Shown: positions 1-9,105 of the stretch, in pieces
Position numbering within the stretch: position 1 is the first letter of the stretch
Layout: each line of letters begins with the position of its first letter
Sequence record: PP777464.1
Direction: 5' to 3' (one strand)
DNA: 64,000 nucleotides
Made by a program: the position numbers and the translations under genes
The notes under the pieces: model-generated
What the model was told of the DNA's origin: nothing
Seen by the model: the letters and a program-made list of their open reading frames with translations, nothing else
Databases searched by the model: none

Positions 1-365
1 AGTAGGCAGAGGAAGTCTGCCGTACTTTGTAGTTTCCAAGCTCCTTTTCCATTTTGCAAATTACATCAAATGTAATCAAAAGTAATCACGCAATGATTAG
101 TACTGAATTATTACTTTCACCTTAATTACAATTACCCTTTTACCCTTCGGGGTAAAATTCCATTACCCCTTGAGGCTCCAGCAAAAAGTTGGTTAGTACT
201 CCATCCTAAATCTCGATCCTAAAAATTTTGGAGTACCTATGAAATAAAAGTTGGATCTTCGAAAGTTGAAATTTACGTTGGGACGTTTATGATTTGTGGG
301 ATATAATGATGTTTGTAATCGGGTAGTTCTCAAGAATATCAGTACTGAAAGATGAAAGAAAGTTA

Positions 366-393
366 TTGACTTTATGATTCAGTACTGTATAAT
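366..393 (+). promoter_or_regulatory. sigma70-type promoter with no clear downstream ORF
   Basis: TTGACT-16bp-TATAAT with AGTACT just upstream of -10. Confidence 0.6.
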
Positions 394-779
394 GTTCTAC
401 ATAGGGTGATGAGTTGCTGCGAACAATTCATTTACTCTACCTCCTGTCGTGAGACAGTACAGAAAAGATAGTTCCTCCTGTGGTGGTACATCTTTTTGAA
501 CCTCATATGAAAATCGTAATAACAGTACTGATATTAACAGAATGGTGTCAGTACTGATTTTAATCTAAAGCATTATGCCACCAGCTTGTGCTGGTGGATT
601 CCCTCTAACAGTATTCAGTACTACATGATGGTCTTCATCCTCCTAGGGTAACATAGTGAGGGCTATGATGGCAGTACTGAATACTCCCTTTCAAAAGATA
701 GATCTATGGTATAGTACTGACGGATTTTGGGTGTAGTTACCCTGGATGGATTTTGGGCGTAGATATGTCTAGCCCTCCA

Positions 780-915
780 GAAGTCTGGAAGTAAAGATGG
801 CTATCCATCTAGACGGCTAAACGGCTAGATTTCTGGATGGCTGGATGGCTGGATGGCTAGACGTTTGGACGGCTAAACGGCTAGATGGTTACACGTCTGG
901 AAGTATAGACGGCTA
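780..915 (+). repeat. Degenerate 8-bp tandem repeat (~17 units, consensus GAYGGCTR)
   Basis: In-phase units, e.g. gacggcta aacggcta gatttctg gatggctg gatggctg gatggcta gacgtttg gacggcta aacggcta. Confidence 0.85.
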
Positions 916-1084
916 AATCAAAATTTTATTTTGTTTTTTCCAATAGTTCCCCTACCGCGTGGGGATAGTTTCCCCGCAGTATCTGGTGTTAGATTTTTCT
1001 GAATCTGGAATCATTATCTTATAAACTGGGGGCAATGTCAACGGCCTGGACGGATATTTTTAAAAATTTTTTCAGTACTGAATT

Positions 1085-1166
1085 TTGGGCGTAACTATGC
1101 ACCCGGTGGGCTTGAGTCTTTCTCGACTTGATGGAACTATTATACAGTACTGAAAAAATAAAGCAA
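1085..1166 (-). ncRNA. Candidate small RNA family 1, copy 1
   Basis: Minus-strand TTGCTT-16-TATAAT, hairpin AGTC-gagaaa-GACT, core AGCCCACCGGGTGCA; no ORF. Confidence 0.45.
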
Positions 1167-1200
1167 TACCCTGGAAGCAAAAAAGTTTTAATTAATTTGC

Positions 1201-1288
1201 TTGCTATCCTGGGCCGGACTATGGTACTATATTTCAGTACTGAGAAAGTGCGTTTACCTGCTAGGGTGCGGGAGTGTATCCTTTTTTT
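1201..1288 (+). ncRNA. Candidate small RNA family 1, copy 2 (divergent core)
   Basis: TTGCTA-18-TACTAT, then CCTGCTAGGGTGCGGGAGTGTATCC and a T7 run. Confidence 0.35.
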
Positions 1289-1544
1289 ATATCTTGAATT
1301 TTGGACGGATCTTCCCACCCCCTGGGGTATCCGCTTTCTCGCGTCTATGTAGTAATTATACGCTTTTTCAGGATCAAGTCAATACCTAAAAACAAAATAA
1401 TTGAAAATAATTTAACGCGTTTAAACGGCCTGTAAAGCCCTGGAATGATTGGAATGGTGCAAATGTATAGCTTATGTGTATTAATGCGTTAGAATGCGTC
1501 TGAGGACGTTTTACGGGGTATAGGGATGATTTAGTGGATTGATT

Positions 1545-1631
1545 CAGTACTGAATAATAGTACTCCTATATAGAAAGATAGTTCCCCTGGATGATTGCAG
1601 TACTGAATAATAGTACTCCTATATAGAAAGA
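1545..1631 (+). repeat. 34-bp perfect direct repeat x2
   Basis: CAGTACTGAATAATAGTACTCCTATATAGAAAGA at 1545-1578 and 1598-1631. Confidence 0.9.
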
Positions 1632-1745
1632 AAACTATTTTAAAAGTATTTGTAGAAAGTACTTGCACCGTACTGATAAAAGCGTATAATGTTTTACATC
1701 GAGAGCGGGAACACTTCCCGCTACACATTAAGAGAGATTAAAACG

Positions 1746-2108
1746 ATGGCGACTCAAATCAATAAAATCATGCTTAACCTGGTAAACTTCCGCGATGAGA
1801 TGAAAGGTCTTCCGGCTGAAACTGTAAAAATTCACATTGCAGCTTATCGGGAACTTATTGCAATGTTGCCGCTTAAGCGTGAACAATACGCCGCTACTTT
1901 GATGCTGGATTCAATGATCCATATAATGATCTCAAATGATTTGACGATGGTTTATCAGTATATGGGCGAAAATTTCGCGGTGTGTAGTAAGCCAGTACCA
2001 GGGATGGCAACAACTGAGGAATTGCACGGCTTAAACTTAAAACAAGATGCATGGGATAATATGCCTCGTTTCCTGGTATGGGCTGACAGTGGCAAAATTT
2101 ACAAATAA
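1746..2108 (+). CDS. hypothetical phage protein
   Basis: ORF after promoter cassette; start moved to ATG after GAGAG RBS. Confidence 0.8.
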   Translation: MATQINKIMLNLVNFRDEMKGLPAETVKIHIAAYRELIAMLPLKREQYAATLMLDSMIHIMISNDLTMVYQYMGENFAVCSKPVPGMATTEELHGLNLKQDAWDNMPRFLVWADSGKIYK

Positions 2109-2201
2109 GTTTAATAAAGTACTTGCAAACTATGTTTAATGGCGTATAATGTTTTACATCAGGTGGGGAATAGTTCCCCCCTATATAAGAGGATTAAAAA
2201 A

Positions 2202-2441
2202 ATGGCTAAATCAAAAATGTTCTTAGGTCACAAAAACAAAACTCATTGGAATGTAAGCCTGTGGATTAATAACGATGAGGGATTGTATCGGTTGGCCCTG
2301 GACTTTATTGCCGCCAATACTAATCGCAATGATGCGGCCCGTCATATGATGTTATTTTTAGAACAGACTGGACAAGATAAAACACCGGACGGATTCAAAT
2401 ATAGCACTACTGCGATCCGTGCGGCGATGGTTGGAATGTAA
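2202..2441 (+). CDS. conserved-type phage hypothetical protein (WNVSLWINNDEGLY motif)
   Basis: ORF after cassette and GAGGA RBS. Confidence 0.85.
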   Translation: MAKSKMFLGHKNKTHWNVSLWINNDEGLYRLALDFIAANTNRNDAARHMMLFLEQTGQDKTPDGFKYSTTAIRAAMVGM

Positions 2442-2527
2442 TAGAATTTATTTAAAGTACTATCATTTTTTTGCGATAGTACTTTATAATAGTGTTTTAT
2501 TCATACACCAACGATAAGGGCAACAGC

Positions 2528-2794
2528 ATGAATATTAAGTATTTTGCGACGCGTGAACAAGCTCGGATCGCCGCACGCCAGGACGGGGCAACGTTTAAAG
2601 ATATGGGCGTACAATCGGAACGTGGTAAACGTTGGGCCATTGTAAAGCGTAGTACCGCCAGATCATTACAGTACTGGTTAGCGGCCTTAAAAAGTCCCGA
2701 TAGTGTATCGCGTCGAGTGGTAGAAATAAAGCTCGACCGAAAGGGCAACCGCGTGACCGTGTACCGTACTAAAAAGATTGCAGTACTTGAATAA
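2528..2794 (+). CDS. hypothetical protein, paralog of 14846..15241
   Basis: Shared FATRE.AR..AR..GA.FKDMG and DRKGNRVTVY blocks. Confidence 0.8.
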   Translation: MNIKYFATREQARIAARQDGATFKDMGVQSERGKRWAIVKRSTARSLQYWLAALKSPDSVSRRVVEIKLDRKGNRVTVYRTKKIAVLE

Positions 2795-2875
2795 AAAGTA
2801 CTTGCAAACTATGTTTAAAGGCGTATAATGTTTTACATCGAGAGCGGGAACTCTTCCCGCCTATAACCTGGAGTA

Positions 2876-3112
2876 ATGAAAATGACTAATATGTATATGA
2901 CTGAAGTTAAAACCGTAAAAGATACTACCACGAATAAAACTACTTACTTACAGCGGATCTGTGGTGTATGGCAACGTATCAGCAAATCAAAGTACTTTAA
3001 ATTAACATCATATGCAAACCGTTCGGATTCATTCAGTACTGAAATAAAAGGTAATAAAGTACACCAATACGGCACTTATTATTATTATAGCCTGGACGCG
3101 ATTGCAGTATAA
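2876..3112 (+). CDS. hypothetical phage protein
   Basis: Cassette + GGAG RBS. Confidence 0.75.
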   Translation: MKMTNMYMTEVKTVKDTTTNKTTYLQRICGVWQRISKSKYFKLTSYANRSDSFSTEIKGNKVHQYGTYYYYSLDAIAV

Positions 3113-3142
3113 GCAGTTTACAAATCTTTACAATTGCCGGTA

Positions 3143-3225
3143 TTGACTTATTTTGTCAGTACTGGCATAATGTATTCATTGGCAGATAAGCCGTAGCCCA
3201 TAGGGTGCGGGAGTGTATCTATAGA
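3143..3225 (+). ncRNA. Candidate small RNA family 1, copy 3
   Basis: TTGACT-17-CATAAT, hairpin GGC-agataa-GCC, core TAGCCCATAGGGTGCGGGAGTGTATCT. Confidence 0.45.
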
Positions 3226-3239
3226 AAAAGTAGTTTATT

Positions 3240-3315
3240 ACAGTTACAATTGTGCACCCGGTGGGTTAGCTGTTGTCATGGGGTATATTATGCCAGTACT
3301 TGATAATGCTGTCAA
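3240..3315 (-). ncRNA. Candidate small RNA family 1, copy 4 (convergent with copy 3)
   Basis: Minus-strand TTGACA-17-CATAAT, core CTAACCCACCGGGTGCACAATTGTAACT. Confidence 0.45.
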
Positions 3316-3361
3316 TACTTTTTTTTACTATTCAGTACTGAAAACTATTTTTAAAAAGTAC

Positions 3362-3470
3362 TTGCAAACTATGTTTAAAGGCGTATAATGTTTTACATCA
3401 GGACGGGGAACGAAATAAGTAACTTCCCGTTAAGTAGCCCAGGAGTAAGGCACACGAAAAACTCCCCTGA
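3362..3470 (+). ncRNA. Candidate small RNA family 2, copy 1
   Basis: TTGCAA..TATAAT, two hairpins (ACGGGGA/TCCCGT; CAGGAG/CTCCCCTG), no ATG, next promoter at 3480. Confidence 0.35.
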
Positions 3471-3539
3471 TAAAATAGTTTGACAAATGTTTTTAAAAGC
3501 GTATAATACTTACATCAACTACTGAATGAGGGTTACAAA

Positions 3540-4151
3540 ATGAAAACTATCACTACTACTACTTTCGTTATGGATTTTTCTGAATTGAACGCAGAACAAA
3601 AAACGTCAGCTATCGAACTGGTTCGGGAACGTGAAAAAAACTCAAACGACAATTATTTTTCTGAAAGTGAAATTGAATACTATAAAGAAACAGTACTACC
3701 GGAATATGGCATTAATGACGCTGAAATACAATTCAGTGGCTTTTGGTCCCAGGGTGACGGTGCATCAATCAGTACTGACCACGTTGACGCAGTGAAGTTT
3801 TTACGCAAGGTAAGAGCATTAACTAAGTATCGCTCAATCCGTCACTTGCTGAATGAAGATGATTTGGCGATGAGTGTAAAGCGTTCGCACTCCCACTACT
3901 CGCATGAGAATACTGTAAGCGGGTACATTGAATCGGCTTACACTGATTTAACCGCAAAACAAGAAACGTTAGTTAATGAGCTTGAGGAACTACTCACTGA
4001 AACTATTCGTGAATTATCCCGCAAGTTGTACCGTGATTTAGAGAATGCATATGAGGATCAATTCACTACTGAAAACATTACGGCACTGATTGAGGGTAAC
4101 GAGTATCAATTCAATGTTATTGATGGCGTAGTGGAATCAATCGAATATTAA
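3540..4151 (+). CDS. hypothetical protein with FSGFWSQGDGAS motif
   Basis: 203 aa ORF with own promoter and GAGG RBS; motif recalled from other phage/plasmid proteins, function not established. Confidence 0.85.
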   Translation: MKTITTTTFVMDFSELNAEQKTSAIELVREREKNSNDNYFSESEIEYYKETVLPEYGINDAEIQFSGFWSQGDGASISTDHVDAVKFLRKVRALTKYRSIRHLLNEDDLAMSVKRSHSHYSHENTVSGYIESAYTDLTAKQETLVNELEELLTETIRELSRKLYRDLENAYEDQFTTENITALIEGNEYQFNVIDGVVESIEY

Positions 4152-4243
4152 TTTAAAAAGTACTTGCAAACTAAGTTTAAAAGCGTATAATACTTTATAT
4201 CGAGAGCGGGAATAGTTCCCGCTACTAATGAGGAATACTACAA

Positions 4244-4408
4244 ATGAATACTTTTACCTTCGCTCAATTGAACGCCCTGGATGTATTGTCTGATGCTTTG
4301 CGGGATGCAACTGAAAGCGGTTTATTTGACAATGTTGACATTCACCCTGATGTAATTAATAATTTTTGTGATGCTATCGCAGAAGTACTGGAAGATCTAA
4401 AAAAATAA
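4244..4408 (+). CDS. small acidic hypothetical protein (54 aa)
   Basis: Manually translated ORF after cassette and GAGGA RBS. Confidence 0.7.
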   Translation: MNTFTFAQLNALDVLSDALRDATESGLFDNVDIHPDVINNFCDAIAEVLEDLKK

Positions 4409-4496
4409 TAGAAAGTACTTGCAATTAGTTTTCAGTACTGTATAATGGTTTACATCAAAGGGAGAAATGGTTCTCCCTGGTAATGAGGAAAATACA

Positions 4497-4718
4497 ATGG
4501 CTAATATCACTACTCTTTCCCAACTGGAAGCACTGGTTAAATCTATGCGGGAACATGCTGACAAAATCGGCGTACAAGATCCAGCCGTTTGCTTCTGCGA
4601 CGAATTGAATGATGATACCCTGGTAATAGCAGAAGTCCAGGACGTTTCTAACTATTCCTCGCGTTACACTGGCGGCGTAGCAAATAAAGGTGACTTCTGT
4701 TTATACCTTACAAAATAA
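4497..4718 (+). CDS. hypothetical phage protein
   Basis: Cassette + GAGGA RBS. Confidence 0.8.
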   Translation: MANITTLSQLEALVKSMREHADKIGVQDPAVCFCDELNDDTLVIAEVQDVSNYSSRYTGGVANKGDFCLYLTK

Positions 4719-4721
4719 CAA

Positions 4722-4752
4722 CGCGGGGAGATAATAACTCCCCGTTACTTTT
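4722..4752 (+). terminator. intrinsic terminator
   Basis: CGGGGAG/CTCCCCG stem followed by T-rich tail. Confidence 0.55.
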
Positions 4753-4769
4753 TCAGTACTGAATCATTT

Positions 4770-4853
4770 AATAGACGGATCTCGGCACCCGGTGGGTTAG
4801 TGACAGTTTCGTCTTGATGTAATAATTATGCCAGTACTGGATGCACTTGTCAA
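4770..4853 (-). ncRNA. Candidate small RNA family 1, copy 5
   Basis: Minus-strand TTGACA-17-CATAAT, then ACATCAAGACGAAACTGTCACTAACCCACCGGGTGC; closely matches copy 7. Confidence 0.45.
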
Positions 4854-4962
4854 CAACTATTTTTTCAAATACTTTTTATTAAAATACTTGCAATTAGTTT
4901 TTAAACGCGTATAATGTTTTGCATAGGGGGAGCGGTTCCCCTGGTAACTAAGGAATAAGAAA

Positions 4963-5199
4963 ATGCTTGAACAAATCAAATCAACGTCTGCGAATGTAAC
5001 GGGAACGGTAGTACACTTTACTAGTGATGAATCGCGGGGTGTACCCTATTGTGCTGTACATGTAAACACTGAGGGTAACTACTGGTTTACGGTTTACGGA
5101 TCATATTCATTTGGACGGCCTGGGCATCAAAAAATTCTGGATAAAGTACAACCAACGGGTAAAAATATCACGGCTGAAATGTTTTATAAAAAATCATAA
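4963..5199 (+). CDS. hypothetical phage protein
   Basis: Cassette + AAGGA RBS. Confidence 0.8.
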   Translation: MLEQIKSTSANVTGTVVHFTSDESRGVPYCAVHVNTEGNYWFTVYGSYSFGRPGHQKILDKVQPTGKNITAEMFYKKS

Positions 5200-5283
5200 A
5201 GTACTTGATAATAGTTTTTAGTACTGTATAATATTTTACATCGCAAGGGGGAGCGGTTCCCCCTGGTAACTAAGGATAATCAA

Positions 5284-5583
5284 ATGAAAATTGCAATCAT
5301 CGCCCTGGCTTTATCTGTTTCCTCTTTCGCTGTTAATGCGTCATTAGATGTAAGTAGTGAAAAATTCATTCAGTGCACTGTTGCAATGACCGATGAAAGA
5401 ACTGGCGAGATTGTATTAAAGGATTTAGAGATCCAGCCGGAAGCATTTAAAAACGGCCCGTTCCATGAAGAAGACGAAAACGGTAGCACAACAATTTATT
5501 ATGATGCCAGTACTAAACGCGGTTCGGTCACTGTTATGGATACCGAGAAAGTAACTCATACCGGCGTTATTAATTGCCGTTGA
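5284..5583 (+). CDS. putative exported/periplasmic protein
   Basis: N-terminus MKIAIIALALSVSSFAVNA resembles a Sec signal peptide with AxA cleavage site. Confidence 0.7.
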   Translation: MKIAIIALALSVSSFAVNASLDVSSEKFIQCTVAMTDERTGEIVLKDLEIQPEAFKNGPFHEEDENGSTTIYYDASTKRGSVTVMDTEKVTHTGVINCR

Positions 5584-5604
5584 TAGATACTACGGGGTAA
5601 CATC

Positions 5605-5835
5605 ATGACTAAGCGAATTGTTTTACTTAACGAAAGCAGTACTACACAACTACTTAACGCCGTGCATTATGATATTGAAACGAGCGTTAATCTTATCAGT
5701 ACTGTAGTTCTGTTGGACACTGGAAAGGTAGCCAATGATAAAGCGATTGCAGGTATACTAACGGATCTTGTGCCTGGTAGCAGTGCACCAATAACGTTAA
5801 ATGGTAAAGTGTTTAATATTTTACTCACTGATTAA
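5605..5835 (+). CDS. hypothetical phage protein
   Basis: ORF with GGGG RBS, followed by terminator. Confidence 0.7.
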   Translation: MTKRIVLLNESSTTQLLNAVHYDIETSVNLISTVVLLDTGKVANDKAIAGILTDLVPGSSAPITLNGKVFNILLTD

Positions 5836-5840
5836 GTACA

Positions 5841-5863
5841 TAGCCCACCTGGTGGGCTTTTTT
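5841..5863 (+). terminator. intrinsic terminator
   Basis: AGCCCAC/GTGGGCT stem + T run. Confidence 0.75.
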
Positions 5864-5917
5864 GTTTTTGTAGTATCGTAGTACTGAGATACTTTGAAAA
5901 TAGTTTTAAAAAAGTAG

Positions 5918-6004
5918 TTGACATTACCACAGAAAAGCGTAGAATGTATTACATCAAGACGGGGAGCACTAAGTAGACCGCCAGTAAGTCGAACGAAAAA
6001 CTGG
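5918..6004 (+). ncRNA. Candidate small RNA family 2, copy 3 (divergent)
   Basis: TTGACA-16-TAGAAT, shares ACGGGGA, TAAGTAG and AGTAAG-n-ACGAAAAACT; followed by promoter TGGACA-17-TACACT. Confidence 0.3.
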
Positions 6005-6068
6005 ACACGTCGAGAAAACTTTGATACACTAATAAACGTAAACTAAACTTTAATTGAGGATTTATAAA

Positions 6069-6551
6069 ATGGCTAATGTAAAATCATTCATCAAAGCACT
6101 GGTAGCAAATGAAACTAACGTCGCGGCTGAGATCCTGGCTGAACTGGATAACGATACCATGAAAGCGGTACGCAATAATTTTAACATCGCGTACAGTACT
6201 GCGAAAGAACTACAAGCAAATAAAGCGGCAGAAATTGAAGCGGCAAAGGCGGCCCGTGAAGCAGAACTACAAGCAACAATCGAAAGTATTCAGGCGGCAG
6301 TAGTTGGATTGGATCTGGAAGTAGTTACAGAGATGGCACAAAAAGCCCTGGCGGTTAAGTATGGGGAAGACAAGCCAGAAGTAAAAGCCAAAAAATGGAT
6401 TCAGGAACGCGTAGCGGTAGTACTGGACAACGGGGAAGAATATCTGATTCCGGTGCGTGGTAACTGTATTGCGGTAGTACTGGACGCGATTAACTCCAGT
6501 GGTATGACTCGCGAGGAATGGATCGAAGCTCATCGCAAAGTTGAAGCATAA
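6069..6551 (+). CDS. divergent H-NS/StpA-like protein
   Basis: Ala/Glu-rich coiled coil, then C-terminus LDNGEEYLIPVRGNCIAVVLDAINSSGMTREEWI aligning by eye with H-NS [34 protein letters not shown]. Confidence 0.5.
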   Translation: MANVKSFIKALVANETNVAAEILAELDNDTMKAVRNNFNIAYSTAKELQANKAAEIEAAKAAREAELQATIESIQAAVVGLDLEVVTEMAQKALAVKYGEDKPEVKAKKWIQERVAVVLDNGEEYLIPVRGNCIAVVLDAINSSGMTREEWIEAHRKVEA

Positions 6552-6571
6552 CAATTAAAGTACTGAATCAC

Positions 6572-6600
6572 TAGCCCACCTTAAACAGTGGGCTTTTTTG
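6572..6600 (+). terminator. intrinsic terminator
   Basis: AGCCCAC/GTGGGCT stem + T run. Confidence 0.75.
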
Positions 6601-6826
6601 TGTCTATAGTATTCCAGGCCACCAGCACCGCCTAGAAACGATTCTAACGCATTAAACTGATTATCTGATGCATCGCCCTAGCTGGTGGCGTTAAGGTCGT
6701 TAGAATGCGATTGAGAGCGTTTAAAGTATTTTGCAAAAAGTAATAAAAAGTACTTGCACGATTAAGAGATTAGCGTATAATTAATTACATCAAGGCGAGA
6801 CACCTTAACTAACTGAGGATATAAAG

Positions 6827-6979
6827 ATGAATACTTATGAACTGGATTGTTTTACTTTACAAGTAATGTCAGTATGCAGTAAGAAAGATTGGTCATCAAA
6901 GGAATTTAAAGCAGTTATCGCGTGTGCAAAACACGGCAAGACTATCAATGAAACGGCATCAATCATTGATAAACTTTAA
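6827..6979 (+). CDS. small hypothetical protein (50 aa), paralog of 10703..10846
   Basis: Manual translation; shared LD.F...V and C...GK....T..II.K pattern. Confidence 0.7.
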   Translation: MNTYELDCFTLQVMSVCSKKDWSSKEFKAVIACAKHGKTINETASIIDKL

Positions 6980-7049
6980 AAAATAGTTTGACAATAGTTT
7001 TAAGTACTGGCATAATACATACATCAACTACTGAATAGGAATTAAAAAA

Positions 7050-7277
7050 ATGGCTATTATCATTACTCGCGTATCTGGTACTACTGGCAACGAACAAGTA
7101 GTTGCAGTCATTACCAACAAGGAAGGTGCGGAATTGCAAAATGCAATGAATACCTGGGCCGTTAATGAGTTCGGTCAGTGGGCAAGTGTAGCATACATTG
7201 AAACCTATCAAGTGCCGTCGATTAGTTTAACTGATTTGGGCGTTGAGCGTATCCTTTGCCTGGATGAATTAAATTAA
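7050..7277 (+). CDS. hypothetical phage protein
   Basis: Promoter TTGACA-17-CATAAT + AGGA RBS. Confidence 0.8.
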   Translation: MAIIITRVSGTTGNEQVVAVITNKEGAELQNAMNTWAVNEFGQWASVAYIETYQVPSISLTDLGVERILCLDELN

Positions 7278-7362
7278 AAAAGTACTTGCAAAGTAAATCG
7301 AATAAAGTATAATACATTACATCAAGGGGAGAAATGATTCTCCCCACTACAAGGAAACTAAT

Positions 7363-7506
7363 ATGAAAACTTGTCAATGTGGTCAGAAATCTATTACGGG
7401 TTTAAAGCGGGGCGTTGCTCTTTGCCAGTACCATTATAATTTACAAGTATGGGGTAAAGAATGGGCCGACCAGGTGGAAGCAGCAAAGAAAGCAAAAAGT
7501 AAGTAA
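7363..7506 (+). CDS. small Cys/His protein (47 aa), possible Zn ribbon
   Basis: Manual translation MKTCQCG...LCQYH after cassette. Confidence 0.65.
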   Translation: MKTCQCGQKSITGLKRGVALCQYHYNLQVWGKEWADQVEAAKKAKSK

Positions 7507-7595
7507 AAATATTATCACAGTACTATTGACATAGTTTGATAGTACTGGCATAATAGATTTTATCAAGACAACATATTAATTTAAGGAATACAAAA

Positions 7596-7919
7596 ATGGC
7601 TAAAACTATCATTAACACCGTTTCCCTGGCTGCAATCCGTGCAATCAATGTTGACGGTAAACGTTGGACTGATTCATATGGCAATACTTATCATTCTTGT
7701 CATGTAAGCGTCGAACTGGATAACGGTTTGAATGATCTGGCGGTTGAATCATTTACTTATGGCTATGAAGATGCATATCAACAAACGGCGTTAGATCTAT
7801 TAAAGGAATCAGTAGACGGGCTTAATACTGATGAAACCTCCCTTACTCGTTTGTGCAATGATCTTAATATCCCGTTGCATTGTACTGTACAGAATGTTAA
7901 ACGCAAAAAAGATCTTTAA
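7596..7919 (+). CDS. hypothetical protein, paralog of 14427..14750
   Basis: Shared RWTDS.GNTYHSC.VS, E.FTYGY and VKRKKD. Confidence 0.85.
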   Translation: MAKTIINTVSLAAIRAINVDGKRWTDSYGNTYHSCHVSVELDNGLNDLAVESFTYGYEDAYQQTALDLLKESVDGLNTDETSLTRLCNDLNIPLHCTVQNVKRKKDL

Positions 7920-7999
7920 TTAGCTTTACTTTATGCAGATACTTTGATATAGTGTCTGCATAGGGGAAAGAAATTAAATTAACTTAAGAGGAACGTATA

Positions 8000-8269
8000 A
8001 TGAAAAATATCAGTACTTTAATCGACGCAGGTACACATGTTCGGCGGTCTATGGTTGCAACCAGTACTACAAAACAAGTAGCGAGCGGTTATCTTGTATT
8101 TGTGCACGATGGTAAACTACTGGAACGTTCAATCAATTTTGATGTTAAAAACAATTGCCGTTTTATTATCTTTAAGCGTGAGCAATATAAAATTGATTTA
8201 CCAGCAAAGCCCATTAGTGGGGCGTACAACGTGCAATCATTGTTTGAACGTCAACCATACACCTATTAA
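8000..8269 (+). CDS. hypothetical phage protein
   Basis: GAGGA RBS. Confidence 0.75.
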   Translation: MKNISTLIDAGTHVRRSMVATSTTKQVASGYLVFVHDGKLLERSINFDVKNNCRFIIFKREQYKIDLPAKPISGAYNVQSLFERQPYTY

Positions 8270-8320
8270 TCAAAACATCGTTAGCGGTCGATTCAGGCCG
8301 CTTATATTGGGGATTATACC

Positions 8321-8593
8321 ATGAACGTTAATCAAGTACTGAATGAAGTTGAAAGCATCATTAAACCAATGAAACGCATTGATGCTATGTTAACACCGGA
8401 AGAATGCCGCCTATATGAGCGTTATAGCGTCGAACAAGTCCAGGCGATGGCTATGGCTACCCCAGCCGTTAAACCGCCTGAGAATGCGTTACAGGACGTT
8501 ACAGGGGATTATATCATTAATCCAGTACTAGGGAAGATGGCTGCAATCACCGAAGATCAACAAGACTACTTAAGCCAGTACTTAAAAGGTTAA
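8321..8593 (+). CDS. hypothetical phage protein
   Basis: GGGGA RBS. Confidence 0.75.
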   Translation: MNVNQVLNEVESIIKPMKRIDAMLTPEECRLYERYSVEQVQAMAMATPAVKPPENALQDVTGDYIINPVLGKMAAITEDQQDYLSQYLKG

Positions 8594-8598
8594 TTAAT

Positions 8599-8808
8599 AT
8601 GCTTACTGTACAGGATAAGATCGACATCTTAAAGGTTAATATGTATGTGATTGATGCAGTACCTGGTAAAGTATTTGCATACGATGACACCACTGTAAGC
8701 GATTTCTACTATAGCCAGGACGTGGGGGATCTTTCTGTACAGTCGGTTATTGAAAACGTAGTTAATGTAGCGTATGAGCATTTACTTTCAAATAGTACTT
8801 GCAATTAG
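8599..8808 (+). CDS. hypothetical phage protein
   Basis: Follows previous ORF closely. Confidence 0.7.
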   Translation: MLTVQDKIDILKVNMYVIDAVPGKVFAYDDTTVSDFYYSQDVGDLSVQSVIENVVNVAYEHLLSNSTCN

Positions 8809-8877
8809 TTTTTAAACGCGTATAATGTTTTACATGAAGGGGAGAAATGATTCTCCCCACTAATTAAGGAATATGAA

Positions 8878-9024
8878 ATGAAAGCATCAAAAAAGAGTAA
8901 TACTAAGAAAGCACGTTCACCTTTCGCTGGGGTATTCCCTTTACGTTTCGTTGATGAAGTAGTTTCCTACCCGCCGGGCCTTACTCCTGAGATGGTAGAA
9001 AGTTTGCGTAAATCTAAAAAATAG
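8878..9024 (+). CDS. small basic hypothetical protein (48 aa)
   Basis: Manual translation after cassette. Confidence 0.6.
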   Translation: MKASKKSNTKKARSPFAGVFPLRFVDEVVSYPPGLTPEMVESLRKSKK

Positions 9025-9105
9025 TACTTGCAATTAGTTTTTAGTACTGTATAATGTTTTACATGAAGGGGAGAAATGATTCTCCCCAATAACAGGAGAA
9101 TCAAA

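Noticed and set aside
1019-1728. ORF-track entries 1019..1318(-), 1128..1352, 1201..1389 and 1531..1728(-)
   Set aside because: No RBS, atypical composition, and they overlap promoter, repeat and candidate sRNA elements; likely spurious.
3396-3470. Pistol-type ribozyme for family 2 units (hairpin followed by TTAAGTAG)
   Set aside because: Required pseudoknot pairing and P2/P3 cleavage-site elements could not be found.
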